From: Clostridia bacterium
Lineage (GTDB): Bacteria > Bacillota > Clostridia > Oscillospirales > CAG-272
Assembly: GCA_017456545.1 (NCBI GenBank)
Contig: JAFTJE010000030.1
Coordinates: forward strand, 2,066-66,065
Length of the DNA stretch: 64,000 nt
Reading direction: 5' to 3'
Of the stretch, positions 47,102-59,245 are shown piece by piece (the stretch's first letter is position 1; every line of letters begins with the position of its first letter). The notes under the pieces were generated by a model that was given only the letters and a program-made list of their open reading frames with translations, was not told where the DNA came from and made no database searches. The translations under genes were made by a program, and so were the position numbers.

Positions 47102-48019
47102 TTATTTGAGGAATCCGCTGACAATCTGCTCCTCTGCCTCCTGCTCTGTTAAGCCGAGGGTCATAAGCTTTATAAGCTGTTCTCCTGCTATTTTACCTAT
47201 TGCCGCCTCATGAATCAATGATGCATCTATATGATTTGCAGTAATTTCGGGAATGGCAGATACTGTGGCATCATCCATAATAATTGCATCGCACTCAGTG
47301 TGTCCCGAGCACTTGTTATTACCGTTGATTCGGGACAAAAACACCTGTCTTGATCTGTCCTTTGCAACTGAACGGGATATTACATTAGCACCGGAATTCT
47401 CTCCGTCAAGGTCAACGGTAAATTCAGTTTCTGCAAGCTGAGTGCCGTGGGTCATAAGCTTTTCCTTAATAACTACCCTTGCATCATTACCCAATTTTGC
47501 CGTAGTTACACGCTTTGTGGAGTCGATACCCTTAATCTGAGTAGTCTCCATCTCCATATATCCACCGTCGTCAACCTCGATTACGGTTGTGGGGTTCATA
47601 ATATTCTCACCGTTGCCGTCTCCTGCTCCATAATGCTTTTCCACATATTTAAGCTTTGCATTTTTTCCTACATGAAAGGTATGGATGCCGTCGTGCTCCG
47701 ATGTCTTATCTCCACTGTTATGGATACCGCAGCCTGCAACTATTACAACATCACTGTCTTCTCCGATATAGAAGTCGTTATACACAAGGTCGGTAAGTCC
47801 ACTCTGGCTGATGATAACGGGAATATGAACACTCTCGTTCTTAGTACCGGGCTTGATTATAATATCAATACCGGGCTTGTCTGTTTTAGTTACTATATCT
47901 ATATTAGCTGTTGTATTTCTGCCACCCAATGCTCCGTTAGCACGGATATTATAAGCTCCCTCGGGTGTACCGTGAAGGTCAGCTATCTTTTCAAGAAGGT
48001 CTTTTTCTATCTTTTCCAT
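47102..48019 (-). CDS. SufB/SufD-family Fe-S cluster assembly scaffold protein (short clostridial form)
   Basis: 305 aa with the beta-helix-type SufBD C-terminal region; immediately downstream of a SufC-like ATPase gene. Confidence 0.75.
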   Translation of the reverse strand: MEKIEKDLLEKIADLHGTPEGAYNIRANGALGGRNTTANIDIVTKTDKPGIDIIIKPGTKNESVHIPVIISQSGLTDLVYNDFYIGEDSDVVIVAGCGIHNSGDKTSEHDGIHTFHVGKNAKLKYVEKHYGAGDGNGENIMNPTTVIEVDDGGYMEMETTQIKGIDSTKRVTTAKLGNDARVVIKEKLMTHGTQLAETEFTVDLDGENSGANVISRSVAKDRSRQVFLSRINGNNKCSGHTECDAIIMDDATVSAIPEITANHIDASLIHEAAIGKIAGEQLIKLMTLGLTEQEAEEQIVSGFLK

Positions 48020-48030
48020 AATATACCCCC

Positions 48031-48753
48031 TTAATTAAATGCCTTGCAGGAGGATTCTGCCCCGCCTCTTCCGAGAAGCTCAGGTAAAATATCCGCCTTA
48101 GGACCGTATTGCTTAACACTTCCGTTTGCCACAACTACTATCTTGTCGGCAATGTTAAGTATTCTCTCTTGATGTGAAATGATGATAATAGAGCCGTTTA
48201 TCTTATCGTACATTTTTTCAAAAACTCTGATAAGGTTATTAAAGCTCCAAAGGTCGATGCCTGCCTCGGGCTCATCAAATAAGGAAAGCTTAGTGCCTCT
48301 TGCCATAATCATAGCAATCTCAATTCTTTTAAGCTCTCCACCGGACAGGGAGGCATTTACCTCTCTGTTGATGTAATCACGGGCACACAGACCTACCTCG
48401 GAAAGATAGGTGCAAGCATCGGAAACTGTAATATTTTTACCTGCTGCCAAGGTAATGAGGTCCTTAACGGTAAGTCCCTTAAACCTTACAGGCTGCTGGA
48501 ATGCAAAGCTGATACCCTTTTTCGCCCTTTCCGTAATGGATAAATTTGTAATATCCTCACCGTCAAGAAGAATCTTACCCGATGTGGGCTGGTAAATACC
48601 GGCAATAATCTTTGCAAGAGTGGATTTTCCACCACCGTTAGGTCCTGTAATGGCAACGAAGCGATCATCCAATTTAAGGCTGACATTCTTTAATATTTCT
48701 TTCTTTTCACTTTCTGTGTCTACCTCAAAGGAAACATTTATAAGCTCAAGCAT
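48031..48753 (-). CDS. sufC: SufC-like Fe-S assembly ABC ATPase
   Basis: Walker A GPNGGGKST, LSGGELKR signature, Walker B SLFDEPEAGID. Confidence 0.8.
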   Translation of the reverse strand: MLELINVSFEVDTESEKKEILKNVSLKLDDRFVAITGPNGGGKSTLAKIIAGIYQPTSGKILLDGEDITNLSITERAKKGISFAFQQPVRFKGLTVKDLITLAAGKNITVSDACTYLSEVGLCARDYINREVNASLSGGELKRIEIAMIMARGTKLSLFDEPEAGIDLWSFNNLIRVFEKMYDKINGSIIIISHQERILNIADKIVVVANGSVKQYGPKADILPELLGRGGAESSCKAFN

Positions 48754-48923
48754 AAAATCACTCCTTTACACTTTGATAAATTTATTATGTTTAATAAGCG
48801 TCAAATTAACTTATCAAAGTATTTTAACATATATTTTTCCGTATGTGAAGAGGTTTTTCTAATTATTATGACATTTTTTTATTCTTTTACGCTATAGAGT
48901 AATATCAAATTATATATAGGAAA

Positions 48924-48957
48924 GAAAAAATCTCCATCGGTATGATGGAGATATTTT
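48924..48957 (-). terminator. Terminator after rpmA
   Basis: Stem TCTCCATC / GATGGAGA flanked by A- and T-runs. Confidence 0.7.
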
Positions 48958-48972
48958 TCTTTGAAAGTTATC

Positions 48973-49251
48973 TTATTTTGCGTAAACGCTTACTCTCTTC
49001 TTGTCCTTTGTTGCGTGCTCAAACTTTACAACACCGTCAACCAATGCGAAGAGTGTATCGTCAGATCCGATACCTACATTTGTACCGGGATGAATCTTTG
49101 TTCCTCTCTGTCTTACGATGATGTTACCTGCAAGAACAGATGCACCGTCAGCCTTCTTAACACCAAGTCTCTTGGATTCTCTGTCACGGCCGGTCTTTGT
49201 GGACCCACCACCCTTTTTATGAGCGAAGAACTGTAAACCAAGTCTTAACAT
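48973..49251 (-). CDS. rpmA: 50S ribosomal protein L27 with cleavable N-terminal extension
   Basis: [10 protein letters not shown]|HKKGGGS.. Start at 49251 is preceded by GGAGG. The longer ORF start at 49296 is rejected. Confidence 0.95.
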   Translation of the reverse strand: MLRLGLQFFAHKKGGGSTKTGRDRESKRLGVKKADGASVLAGNIIVRQRGTKIHPGTNVGIGSDDTLFALVDGVVKFEHATKDKKRVSVYAK

Positions 49252-49267
49252 TATATGTTCCTCCGTC

Positions 49268-49648
49268 TTATTTTTTACGTTTTTTGTCGCCGTCATATTT
49301 CTTTTCGATTACATCTACATCAAGATAGTCGTAATAATCCTCGACTAAATCGACAAGCTGATAGTAATACGCCATAATGAGACCTGAGATAGCGTATCTC
49401 TTTTTCTCATCCTGCTCGTACTCCGGCAACGCACTGCACGAGCTAACGCGTACATTTGTGGTTTCTTCGTCAATCTCATAATCAATATTGGATGCATACG
49501 CAACCTCAACTGCGTTTATGACAAGCGTAGTCATTGCAGATATTGCCGCACAAACGATATCGTTACCGTCTTCTGCAAAGCCTGCATGTCCCTGCTCCTC
49601 AAAGCCCCAATAATAATCGCCCGATTTGAAAAATACGACCTTTGTCAT
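49268..49648 (-). CDS. prp: Ribosomal-processing cysteine protease Prp (YsxB family)
   Basis: [13 protein letters not shown] motif; located between rplU and rpmA. Confidence 0.85.
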   Translation of the reverse strand: MTKVVFFKSGDYYWGFEEQGHAGFAEDGNDIVCAAISAMTTLVINAVEVAYASNIDYEIDEETTNVRVSSCSALPEYEQDEKKRYAISGLIMAYYYQLVDLVEDYYDYLDVDVIEKKYDGDKKRKK

Positions 49649-49661
49649 AATTCTCTCCGAA

Positions 49662-49973
49662 TTAACCCTCGATCTTCTCGATCTGTACCTTTGTATAAGG
49701 CTGTCTGTGACCGATCTTCTTCTTCTCGTTCTTCTTAGCCTTATATTTCATAACGTAAATTTTCTTTGCCTTACCGTTACGAACAACTCTTGCTGTTACG
49801 GAAGCACCGGAAACATAGGGAGCACCTGCTACGAAGCCATCGTTGTTAGATACTGCAAGTACCTTATCAAACTTAACCTCCTCGCCTTCTGCTACACCAA
49901 GCTTTTCAACGAAGATAATGTCGCCCTCGTCTACTTTGTACTGCTTTCCGCCTGTTAAAATGATTGCAAACAC
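49662..49973 (-). CDS. rplU: 50S ribosomal protein L21
   Basis: (M)[14 protein letters not shown] prefer the GTG at 49973, six nt after AGAGAGGTG; the alternative GTG is at 49982. Confidence 0.9.
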   Translation of the reverse strand: MFAIILTGGKQYKVDEGDIIFVEKLGVAEGEEVKFDKVLAVSNNDGFVAGAPYVSGASVTARVVRNGKAKKIYVMKYKAKKNEKKKIGHRQPYTKVQIEKIEG

Positions 49974-50054
49974 GAAAAGCACCTCTCTTTCAATATATAC
50001 TCGCTAAGCCGGGTAGCATACGCTTTTCAGACCTCGGCATTATGCGGCGTAAAG

Positions 50055-50083
50055 ATTTTAGCACAAAAGCTTTGCTTTGTCAA
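50055..50083 (-). promoter_or_regulatory. Sigma-A-type promoter for the rplU-prp-rpmA operon
   Basis: On the minus strand: TTGACA (50083-50078), 17-nt spacer, TAAAAT (50060-50055). Followed by a ~70-nt leader. Confidence 0.6.
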
Positions 50084-50135
50084 TAGGTTTTATGAAAAAG
50101 TCGAAAATATTTTATTATATAATGTATATATCGGT

Positions 50136-50849
50136 TTAATCTCTTCTTCTTGTGCTTGATGCCACAATCAGCAGGAATCTTAATAGCTGAGCAAAGGAAA
50201 CAGCAAGGGCAGCAACATAAGTCATTGCCGCAGCGTTAAGTACTCTTTTGGAGTCCTTTAGCTCGTTTTTGTCAAGTATTGCTTCTCCCTCAAGAGCCCT
50301 TAATGCCCTTTTACTTGCATTAAATTCTGTCGGGAGTGTAAGAAGCTGGAAAAGTGTAACAAGTCCAAAGCACGCAACTCCGATATAAGCTATATAGGCA
50401 AACGCTGCCGAAAGCGTTGATAAAAGTATACCCACAAGTATAAGGGGAATTGCCAGCCTTGAGCCTATATTGGTAACGGGAACTATTGCATTTCTCAGCT
50501 TAAGAGGTACATAATTTTTAGCGTGCTGCACTGCATGTCCTGCCTCATGTGCGGCAACGCCAACAGCAGCTGCCGAATTATTACCGTAAGTAGCTGTAGA
50601 CAGTCGAATCACTCTTGCACGGGGGTCATAATGGTCATTAAGATTGCCCTCTATATGCTCTACCCTTACATCATAAATTCCGTTTGCGAAAAGTATTCTT
50701 CTTGCCGCATCTGCTCCTGTGAGCCCTCTCCGTGTGGGAATTGCACCGTATTTTCTGAAGGTTGTACTCACCCTCGCACTGGTAAAGGTGGCAAAAAGAA
50801 CTGCCGGCAGTACAAGAATTATATATAACCAGTCAATATAAAAAAACAC
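50136..50849 (-). CDS. YugP-like membrane zinc metallopeptidase (Zn_peptidase_2)
   Basis: HEAGHAVQH; N- and C-terminal TM helices; 237 aa. Confidence 0.8.
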   Translation of the reverse strand: MFFYIDWLYIILVLPAVLFATFTSARVSTTFRKYGAIPTRRGLTGADAARRILFANGIYDVRVEHIEGNLNDHYDPRARVIRLSTATYGNNSAAAVGVAAHEAGHAVQHAKNYVPLKLRNAIVPVTNIGSRLAIPLILVGILLSTLSAAFAYIAYIGVACFGLVTLFQLLTLPTEFNASKRALRALEGEAILDKNELKDSKRVLNAAAMTYVAALAVSFAQLLRFLLIVASSTRRRD

Positions 50850-50927
50850 AAAATCACTCCTTTTGTTCTATTTTATCATTATTATGTGTAGTTTTTAAGT
50901 TTACAGAATGTTTTTATTATGAAAATA

Positions 50928-50956
50928 TTGAAAAGATGAAAAATATATGCTATAAT
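50928..50956 (+). promoter_or_regulatory. Sigma-A-type promoter for mntP
   Basis: TTGAAA, 17-nt spacer, TATAAT; about 30 nt before the ATG. Confidence 0.6.
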
Positions 50957-50985
50957 CTTACAACTTCACAAAAAAGGGGTATTTT

Positions 50986-51555
50986 ATGGGAATTGCAGAA
51001 TTAATCATTCTTGCCTTTGGACTTGCTATGGACGCCTTTGCCGTTTCCATATGTAAGGGTCTTGCTATGCATAAGGTCGGCATTAAGGAAGGGGCTATTA
51101 TAGGCTTATGGTTCGGCGGCTTTCAGGCACTTATGCCTCTTATCGGATTCTTTCTCGGAGCAGCATTTGAATCATATATTACAAAAATAGACCATTGGAT
51201 AGCCTTTATTCTCCTTGCCCTCATAGGTGCAATAATGATAAAGGAAGCCTTTTCCAAGGATGAGAACGAGGCAGACGGTTCTCTTTCTGTAAAAACTATG
51301 CTTATTATGGCGATAGCAACAAGTATAGATGCACTTGCTATCGGTATCTCCTTCGGTATTTTGCCGGAGGTAAATATCTGGCTTGCCATATCCTTAATCG
51401 GCATTATTACTCTTGTTATGTGTATGATTGGCGTAAAGATAGGTAATGTATTCGGTGCAAAATACAAATCAAAGGCAGAGCTTACAGGTGGAATAATTCT
51501 TGTGCTTTTGGGCTTGAAGATTCTTCTTGAGCATCTTGGCGTTATAAATTTCTGA
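50986..51555 (+). CDS. mntP: Manganese efflux pump MntP
   Basis: Duplicated DAFAVS / DALAIG motifs in a 6-TM, 189-aa protein. Confidence 0.88.
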   Translation: MGIAELIILAFGLAMDAFAVSICKGLAMHKVGIKEGAIIGLWFGGFQALMPLIGFFLGAAFESYITKIDHWIAFILLALIGAIMIKEAFSKDENEADGSLSVKTMLIMAIATSIDALAIGISFGILPEVNIWLAISLIGIITLVMCMIGVKIGNVFGAKYKSKAELTGGIILVLLGLKILLEHLGVINF

Positions 51556-51573
51556 TAACTTAACAGAACGGAA

Positions 51574-51609
51574 AACGGACTGACACATTTAAGTCAGTCC
51601 GTTCTTTTG
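51574..51609. terminator. Terminator shared by mntP and the convergent small membrane protein gene
   Basis: Stem AACGGACTGAC / GTCAGTCCGTT, then CTTTTG. Confidence 0.75.
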
Positions 51610-52017
51610 TTATGCTATTTTTGATTTAATATGGTTATATACCGTGCTTGTATGTGCTCTGTCACTGCTGTTAAACACATAGTATTCCCCGCTTTTGAGC
51701 TTTATGACAATGCAGGAATCAACATCCTTATTGACAGCACATTTATACTCTCCCAGCATTTCGTTTTTATATGTACCTCTGTGGGCACCTATAAATCCGA
51801 TAGACGATATTCTTTCACCGTAGTCAAAATCCGTGTATATATTTACGCTTTCAATATCGGAAAACAGTATCTCCTCATTGTACCAGAAGCTTGTTACCTT
51901 TACCTTAGTATCGGAAATATCTGCTCCCACTCCCATATTCAGTATGAAAAGCACAGCAATAATTCCCACAAGGGCAAACACCACAATGGCAGTCACTTTT
52001 TTTGTTCTGTTTTTCAT
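51610..52017 (-). CDS. Small membrane-anchored protein, possible PH-like fold
   Basis: N-terminal TM, then a ~100-aa beta-rich region. No motif assigned; function unknown. Confidence 0.5.
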   Translation of the reverse strand: MKNRTKKVTAIVVFALVGIIAVLFILNMGVGADISDTKVKVTSFWYNEEILFSDIESVNIYTDFDYGERISSIGFIGAHRGTYKNEMLGEYKCAVNKDVDSCIVIKLKSGEYYVFNSSDRAHTSTVYNHIKSKIA

Positions 52018-52018
52018 A

Positions 52019-54934
<2,916 letters not shown>

Positions 54935-54978
54935 TTATATGGTAGAATAAGATAAACATTCAAAGGAAGGAGTCATAT

Positions 54979-55698
54979 ATGGAAAGGGTTATATTTATTA
55001 CGGGAGGCAGCCGTGGCATCGGTGCCGAATGTGTAAGATTATTTTCAAAAAACGGATACAGGGTGGCTTTTTCATACCTGAACTCTGAAAATGAGGCTAT
55101 GTCTCTGGCTAAGGAGTGCGGTGCCCTTCCAATCAAGTCGGATATATCCGACAGCAGCAGTATCACCGGTGCTATTCATAGGGCAAATGCCGAGCTTGGA
55201 GGAATAGATGTTCTTATTAACAATGCGGGTATAAGCCAAATTGCACTGTTTACAGATATTACAGACGAAATGTGGAGAACTATGATTGATACCAACCTTT
55301 CGGGTGCATTTTACGCTACCCGTGCTGTGCTTCCGCAAATGATTTCCCGAAAAAGCGGTGTTATCTTAAATGTTTCCTCTATGTGGGGACAGGTTGGTGC
55401 CTCCTGTGAGGTGCACTATTCTGTTGCCAAGGCAGGGCTAATCGGAATGACCAAGGCTCTTGCCAAGGAGGTAGGTCCCTCCGGTATCAGGGTCAACTGC
55501 GTATCCCCCGGAGTTATTGCCACGGATATGAACTCTCACCTGTCGGAGGATGATATAAACGCCTTAAAGAACGACACTCCCCTCGAGAAAATCGGAAATC
55601 CCTCGGATATTGCAGAGATACTTCTCTATCTTGCAAGTAACAAGGCATCCTTTATCACCGGTCAGGATATAGGCGTAAACGGCGGAATGATTATATGA
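54979..55698 (+). CDS. SDR-family oxidoreductase (FabG-like)
   Basis: TGGSRGIG, NNAG, YSVAK catalytic motif; 239 aa. Confidence 0.85.
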   Translation: MERVIFITGGSRGIGAECVRLFSKNGYRVAFSYLNSENEAMSLAKECGALPIKSDISDSSSITGAIHRANAELGGIDVLINNAGISQIALFTDITDEMWRTMIDTNLSGAFYATRAVLPQMISRKSGVILNVSSMWGQVGASCEVHYSVAKAGLIGMTKALAKEVGPSGIRVNCVSPGVIATDMNSHLSEDDINALKNDTPLEKIGNPSDIAEILLYLASNKASFITGQDIGVNGGMII

Positions 55699-55705
55699 TA
55701 TGATA

Positions 55706-55742
55706 TAAAAATCGGCAGAGCTGACCTCTGCCGATTATTTTT
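55706..55742. terminator. Bidirectional terminator (SDR / mrp)
   Basis: Stem AATCGGCAGAG / CTCTGCCGATT flanked by A- and T-runs. Confidence 0.75.
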
Positions 55743-56568
55743 ATTTTGAAAGCTTCTTTTCAACAGTACTGAATGCGTCGGAAAGGAGCTTTTCATCCAT
55801 TTCCTCAATTCTACCACTGTCGCAAAGTGAAGCAAGTTTGCCATCCATGGGGAGTCTGCCGAGAATATCAAAGCCGTATCTCTGTGCAATTTCCTCGATT
55901 TTACCGTTACCGAAAATACGAATTTCCTTACCGCAATCGGGACAAACAACATAGCTCATATTTTCTATAAGACCAAGAACGGGGATATTCATCATATTAG
56001 CCATCTTTACAGCCTTTTCCACAATCATGGAAACAAGGTCCTGGGGTGTTGTAACGATTACTATACCGTCAATGGGAAGAGACTGGAATACTGTAAGAGG
56101 AACATCTCCTGTTCCTGGAGGCATATCAACATACATAAAGTCCACATCCTCCCAGACTGCATCTGTCCAAAACTGCTTAACCATACCCGCAATAACAGGT
56201 CCACGCCATACTACGGGTCTTGTTTCATCCTCTAACATGAGATTTATGGAAATAACATCTATTCCCTTCTTGGATTTTACGGGTATCATATGCTCTCCGT
56301 CGGACATAACAGACTCTGTAAGGCCAAAGGCACGGGGGATTGAGGGTCCTGTGATATCTGCGTCAAGGATAGCTGTCTTATATCCGTTACGCATAGACTG
56401 AACTGCAAGCATAGAGGTTACAATTGATTTACCAACTCCGCCCTTTCCACTTACAATACCGATAACATGCTTAACGGAGCTTGCATCATTTAATTTTTCT
56501 TTGGGTATTGCTCTCTGTCCACAGTCCTTGGAGGAGCAGGTGGAGCAATCATGAGTACATTCTGCCAT
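55741..56568 (-). CDS. mrp: Mrp/NBP35/ApbC-family Fe-S cluster carrier ATPase
   Basis: Deviant Walker A SGKGGVGKS, CPDCG motif, N-terminal Cys-rich CTHDCSTCSSKDC. Start at MAECTH after AAGGAAG. Confidence 0.85.
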   Translation of the reverse strand: MAECTHDCSTCSSKDCGQRAIPKEKLNDASSVKHVIGIVSGKGGVGKSIVTSMLAVQSMRNGYKTAILDADITGPSIPRAFGLTESVMSDGEHMIPVKSKKGIDVISINLMLEDETRPVVWRGPVIAGMVKQFWTDAVWEDVDFMYVDMPPGTGDVPLTVFQSLPIDGIVIVTTPQDLVSMIVEKAVKMANMMNIPVLGLIENMSYVVCPDCGKEIRIFGNGKIEEIAQRYGFDILGRLPMDGKLASLCDSGRIEEMDEKLLSDAFSTVEKKLSK

Positions 56569-56662
56569 TATTAACACTTCCTTTATATATATCTGTTTTT
56601 TCTTTACGGTATACTATTTTACACCATACAATAATAATTTTCAAGGGGAAATAAAAAAAACT

Positions 56663-58315
56663 TTATATTTTCACCCTCTTAATTTCAAATCTGCCTGTAA
56701 CAGGGTCAGGTGCATCATAATCAACATATATAAGCTCCTTGGAGGTTTTAAGAACTGTGGCAGCTCTTTTTATTTTATCCCTTCTTTTTGTATCTTCATT
56801 TCCCTCAAGCTGATTAAGTGTTTTCTTGATTAGCTCCGAATGTATCTTTAAGAATTCAGGCAAAGCCCCCATTCTGTTTGTGGAAAGTCGGTCCATAGCA
56901 AGACAGTCACGAAGATAATCCTTATTCACCTGCTTTTGATTTGAGAAAAATTCATACATACACTGGGTAAAATCATCCAGAGTGCTCCTCTGTTCCTTGG
57001 TATCAAGATACAGTGCAAATCCTTTATACATATTGAAGGGACTACCATACAATCCGTGCAAATATTTTACAGTATATGGAAACCTTTGCGAATTGTATAC
57101 TTTTTCAAATACATCCTCTATCTTGTGAAGTAAAAGGAGCTCATCCCTTGAAATATATGATGTTGAGCATACCTCATAAGGTGGTTTTTCATCAAATTCA
57201 TACACTCCTATGGGGTTTTCTCTCAATTCTGAGCCGTGAAGAAGCTTAAGAAATCCCAGCTGAAGCATATGTGGCTCCAGCCTAACTGCTCTGTTGAAGC
57301 TGTCTTCAAAGCTCTTTATATCCTCATAAGGAAGTCCTGCTATCAGGTCAATATGAGTATGGATATTGCCAAGCCTCACAATTTTCCTTATATTCTCACA
57401 AAGCAAATTGATATTAGTCCTACGGTTTATGGCATCCAGTGTATGCTCATTAAAGCTTTGGAGACCTATTTCCACCTGTATGGCTCCCGCCCTCGCCCCG
57501 GATAGAACCTCTATTGTCTCCTCATCTATAATTTCGCCCTCCAGCTCAAAGTGAAAGCACACCCCCTCGGGAATTTTACTGCCGTAATTATCAATTATAA
57601 AGCTAAAAATATCCCGTGCTCTCTTTTTGTCAGCATTAAAGGTTCTGTCAACGAGCTTTACGGTTTTTGTCCCACTCCTTGCAAGCTTCAGTATATTTTC
57701 TTTTGCTTTTTCAGTATCAAAAAACCGTACACCACCGCACCTGCCGGAAAGACAAAAGGCACAGGAATAAGGACATCCCCGACTTGTTTCTATATATGCT
57801 ATTCTCCCCTTCAACGCTTCAAAATATTCCTTTGTGTACGGTGTCGGAGGCTCATTTTCAGCCACATATGGGGGCTTTTCTATAATTTTTCCATTTAGCC
57901 TGTACGATACTCCGGGTATATTTTCTGCATTTTCTCCGTTGCAAATTCTGCCAAAGGGCTCTTCACCCTCACCGGATATTACATAATCCAAGCAGGGATT
58001 CTTTTCAAGTATCTCCGAGGCGTTATAGCTCACCTCAGGACCACCCAAAACTATTGTTGCCTTGCTGCATTCTCTTATTTTCTGACACAGGGATAAGATT
58101 TTTTCCTTGTTCCATATGTAAACACAAAAGGCAATAATATCATAGCTCTCTGACATTATGCTGTCAAATATTTTGTCCGTATCCTCATTTATTGTACTTT
58201 CATACACTGTACACTCAGCACCGGAATACATTTCAACTCCCGACTTAAGACACCAGGGTGCCAGAGAAGAATGCACATATTTTGTATTTAGCGTACATAT
58301 CAATACCTTCATCAT
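56663..58315 (-). CDS. B12-binding-domain radical SAM protein (DUF4080-type C-terminus)
   Basis: N-terminal cobalamin-binding-like fold, CPYSCAFC (CxxxCxxC). Start is ambiguous between 58315 and 58312. Confidence 0.75.
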   Translation of the reverse strand: MMKVLICTLNTKYVHSSLAPWCLKSGVEMYSGAECTVYESTINEDTDKIFDSIMSESYDIIAFCVYIWNKEKILSLCQKIRECSKATIVLGGPEVSYNASEILEKNPCLDYVISGEGEEPFGRICNGENAENIPGVSYRLNGKIIEKPPYVAENEPPTPYTKEYFEALKGRIAYIETSRGCPYSCAFCLSGRCGGVRFFDTEKAKENILKLARSGTKTVKLVDRTFNADKKRARDIFSFIIDNYGSKIPEGVCFHFELEGEIIDEETIEVLSGARAGAIQVEIGLQSFNEHTLDAINRRTNINLLCENIRKIVRLGNIHTHIDLIAGLPYEDIKSFEDSFNRAVRLEPHMLQLGFLKLLHGSELRENPIGVYEFDEKPPYEVCSTSYISRDELLLLHKIEDVFEKVYNSQRFPYTVKYLHGLYGSPFNMYKGFALYLDTKEQRSTLDDFTQCMYEFFSNQKQVNKDYLRDCLAMDRLSTNRMGALPEFLKIHSELIKKTLNQLEGNEDTKRRDKIKRAATVLKTSKELIYVDYDAPDPVTGRFEIKRVKI

Positions 58316-58413
58316 ACCACCTCTTTTCAATTATTTTAGCAAAGGGAGATATCTTTGTCAATACTATACACTGACTGTAATTGACGCTTTTTTATTTTGT
58401 TTAACAACTTGAC

Positions 58414-58442
58414 TTGACAAAAAATATATTATATGATACAAT
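58414..58442 (+). promoter_or_regulatory. Sigma-A-type promoter for the cpsBCD-like operon
   Basis: TTGACA, 17-nt spacer, TACAAT. Confidence 0.55.
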
Positions 58443-58478
58443 ACCATATGTAAAGTTAGACCCCGAGGAGATGATATT

Positions 58479-59225
58479 TTGTTTGAAATAGCAGACATAC
58501 ACTGCCATATGCTTGGTGGTGTTGATGACGGTGCAAAAAACACCGATGAAATGAAGATAATGCTTGATATTGCCTATAATGACGGTATACGGCATATATG
58601 CTTCACTCCACATTTCAAAACCTATCATTTCAAGGATTCCGATAGCATAAAGGCGTATAATAAGCTTGCTGATGACCAATTTGAGGTGGCTAAGGAGTAT
58701 GCAAAGGAGAAATACCCCGATTTGCATCTTTATATCGGCAACGAGATTATGTATCACGCCGGTGTAATCGATTCATCCGACGCTAACCTTTGTAGGCGAA
58801 TCAATAACGGTTCATATCTCTTAGTGGAATTTCAGCCCGAGATTACCATTTTCGAGATGCGAAACGCTGTATCGAAAATTCTTCGCAAGGGATTTATACC
58901 CGTTATTGCCCATGTTGAAAGGTATACCGAGCTTGTTAAAAAGCCGAATTTTGCTTGGGAGCTTAAGGAATACGGTGCTCTTCTCCAGGTAAATGCCTCA
59001 ACCGTTACAAAGGCTAAGTTTGGAAAAACCAAGGCTTTTTTGAACTTTTTGTTCAAAAAATCGTATGTTGATGTGATAGCATCAGATGCACACTCCAAGG
59101 ATGTGTACAAGCCTATCATATCAAATGCCGCAGAAAAGATATCAAAAAAATACGGAGAGGCTACAGCCAAAAGAGTATGCTGTACCAATCCGATTGCAAT
59201 CATCAACAATGTAAAACTATTTTAA
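58479..59225 (+). CDS. cpsB: PHP-family protein-tyrosine phosphatase (CpsB/Wzh type)
   Basis: (M)FEIADIHCHMLGGVDDG, HVERY, SDAHS motifs; TTG start after GAGGAG. Confidence 0.85.
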   Translation: MFEIADIHCHMLGGVDDGAKNTDEMKIMLDIAYNDGIRHICFTPHFKTYHFKDSDSIKAYNKLADDQFEVAKEYAKEKYPDLHLYIGNEIMYHAGVIDSSDANLCRRINNGSYLLVEFQPEITIFEMRNAVSKILRKGFIPVIAHVERYTELVKKPNFAWELKEYGALLQVNASTVTKAKFGKTKAFLNFLFKKSYVDVIASDAHSKDVYKPIISNAAEKISKKYGEATAKRVCCTNPIAIINNVKLF

Positions 59226-59245
59226 TTTTTTCAAAGGAGCCAAAA

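Noticed and set aside
50850-50985. Expected yybP-ykoY manganese riboswitch upstream of mntP
   Set aside because: - A consensus promoter sits about 30 nt before the ATG, which leaves no room.
- No GGGGAGTAG-type core is visible in the 136-nt intergenic region.
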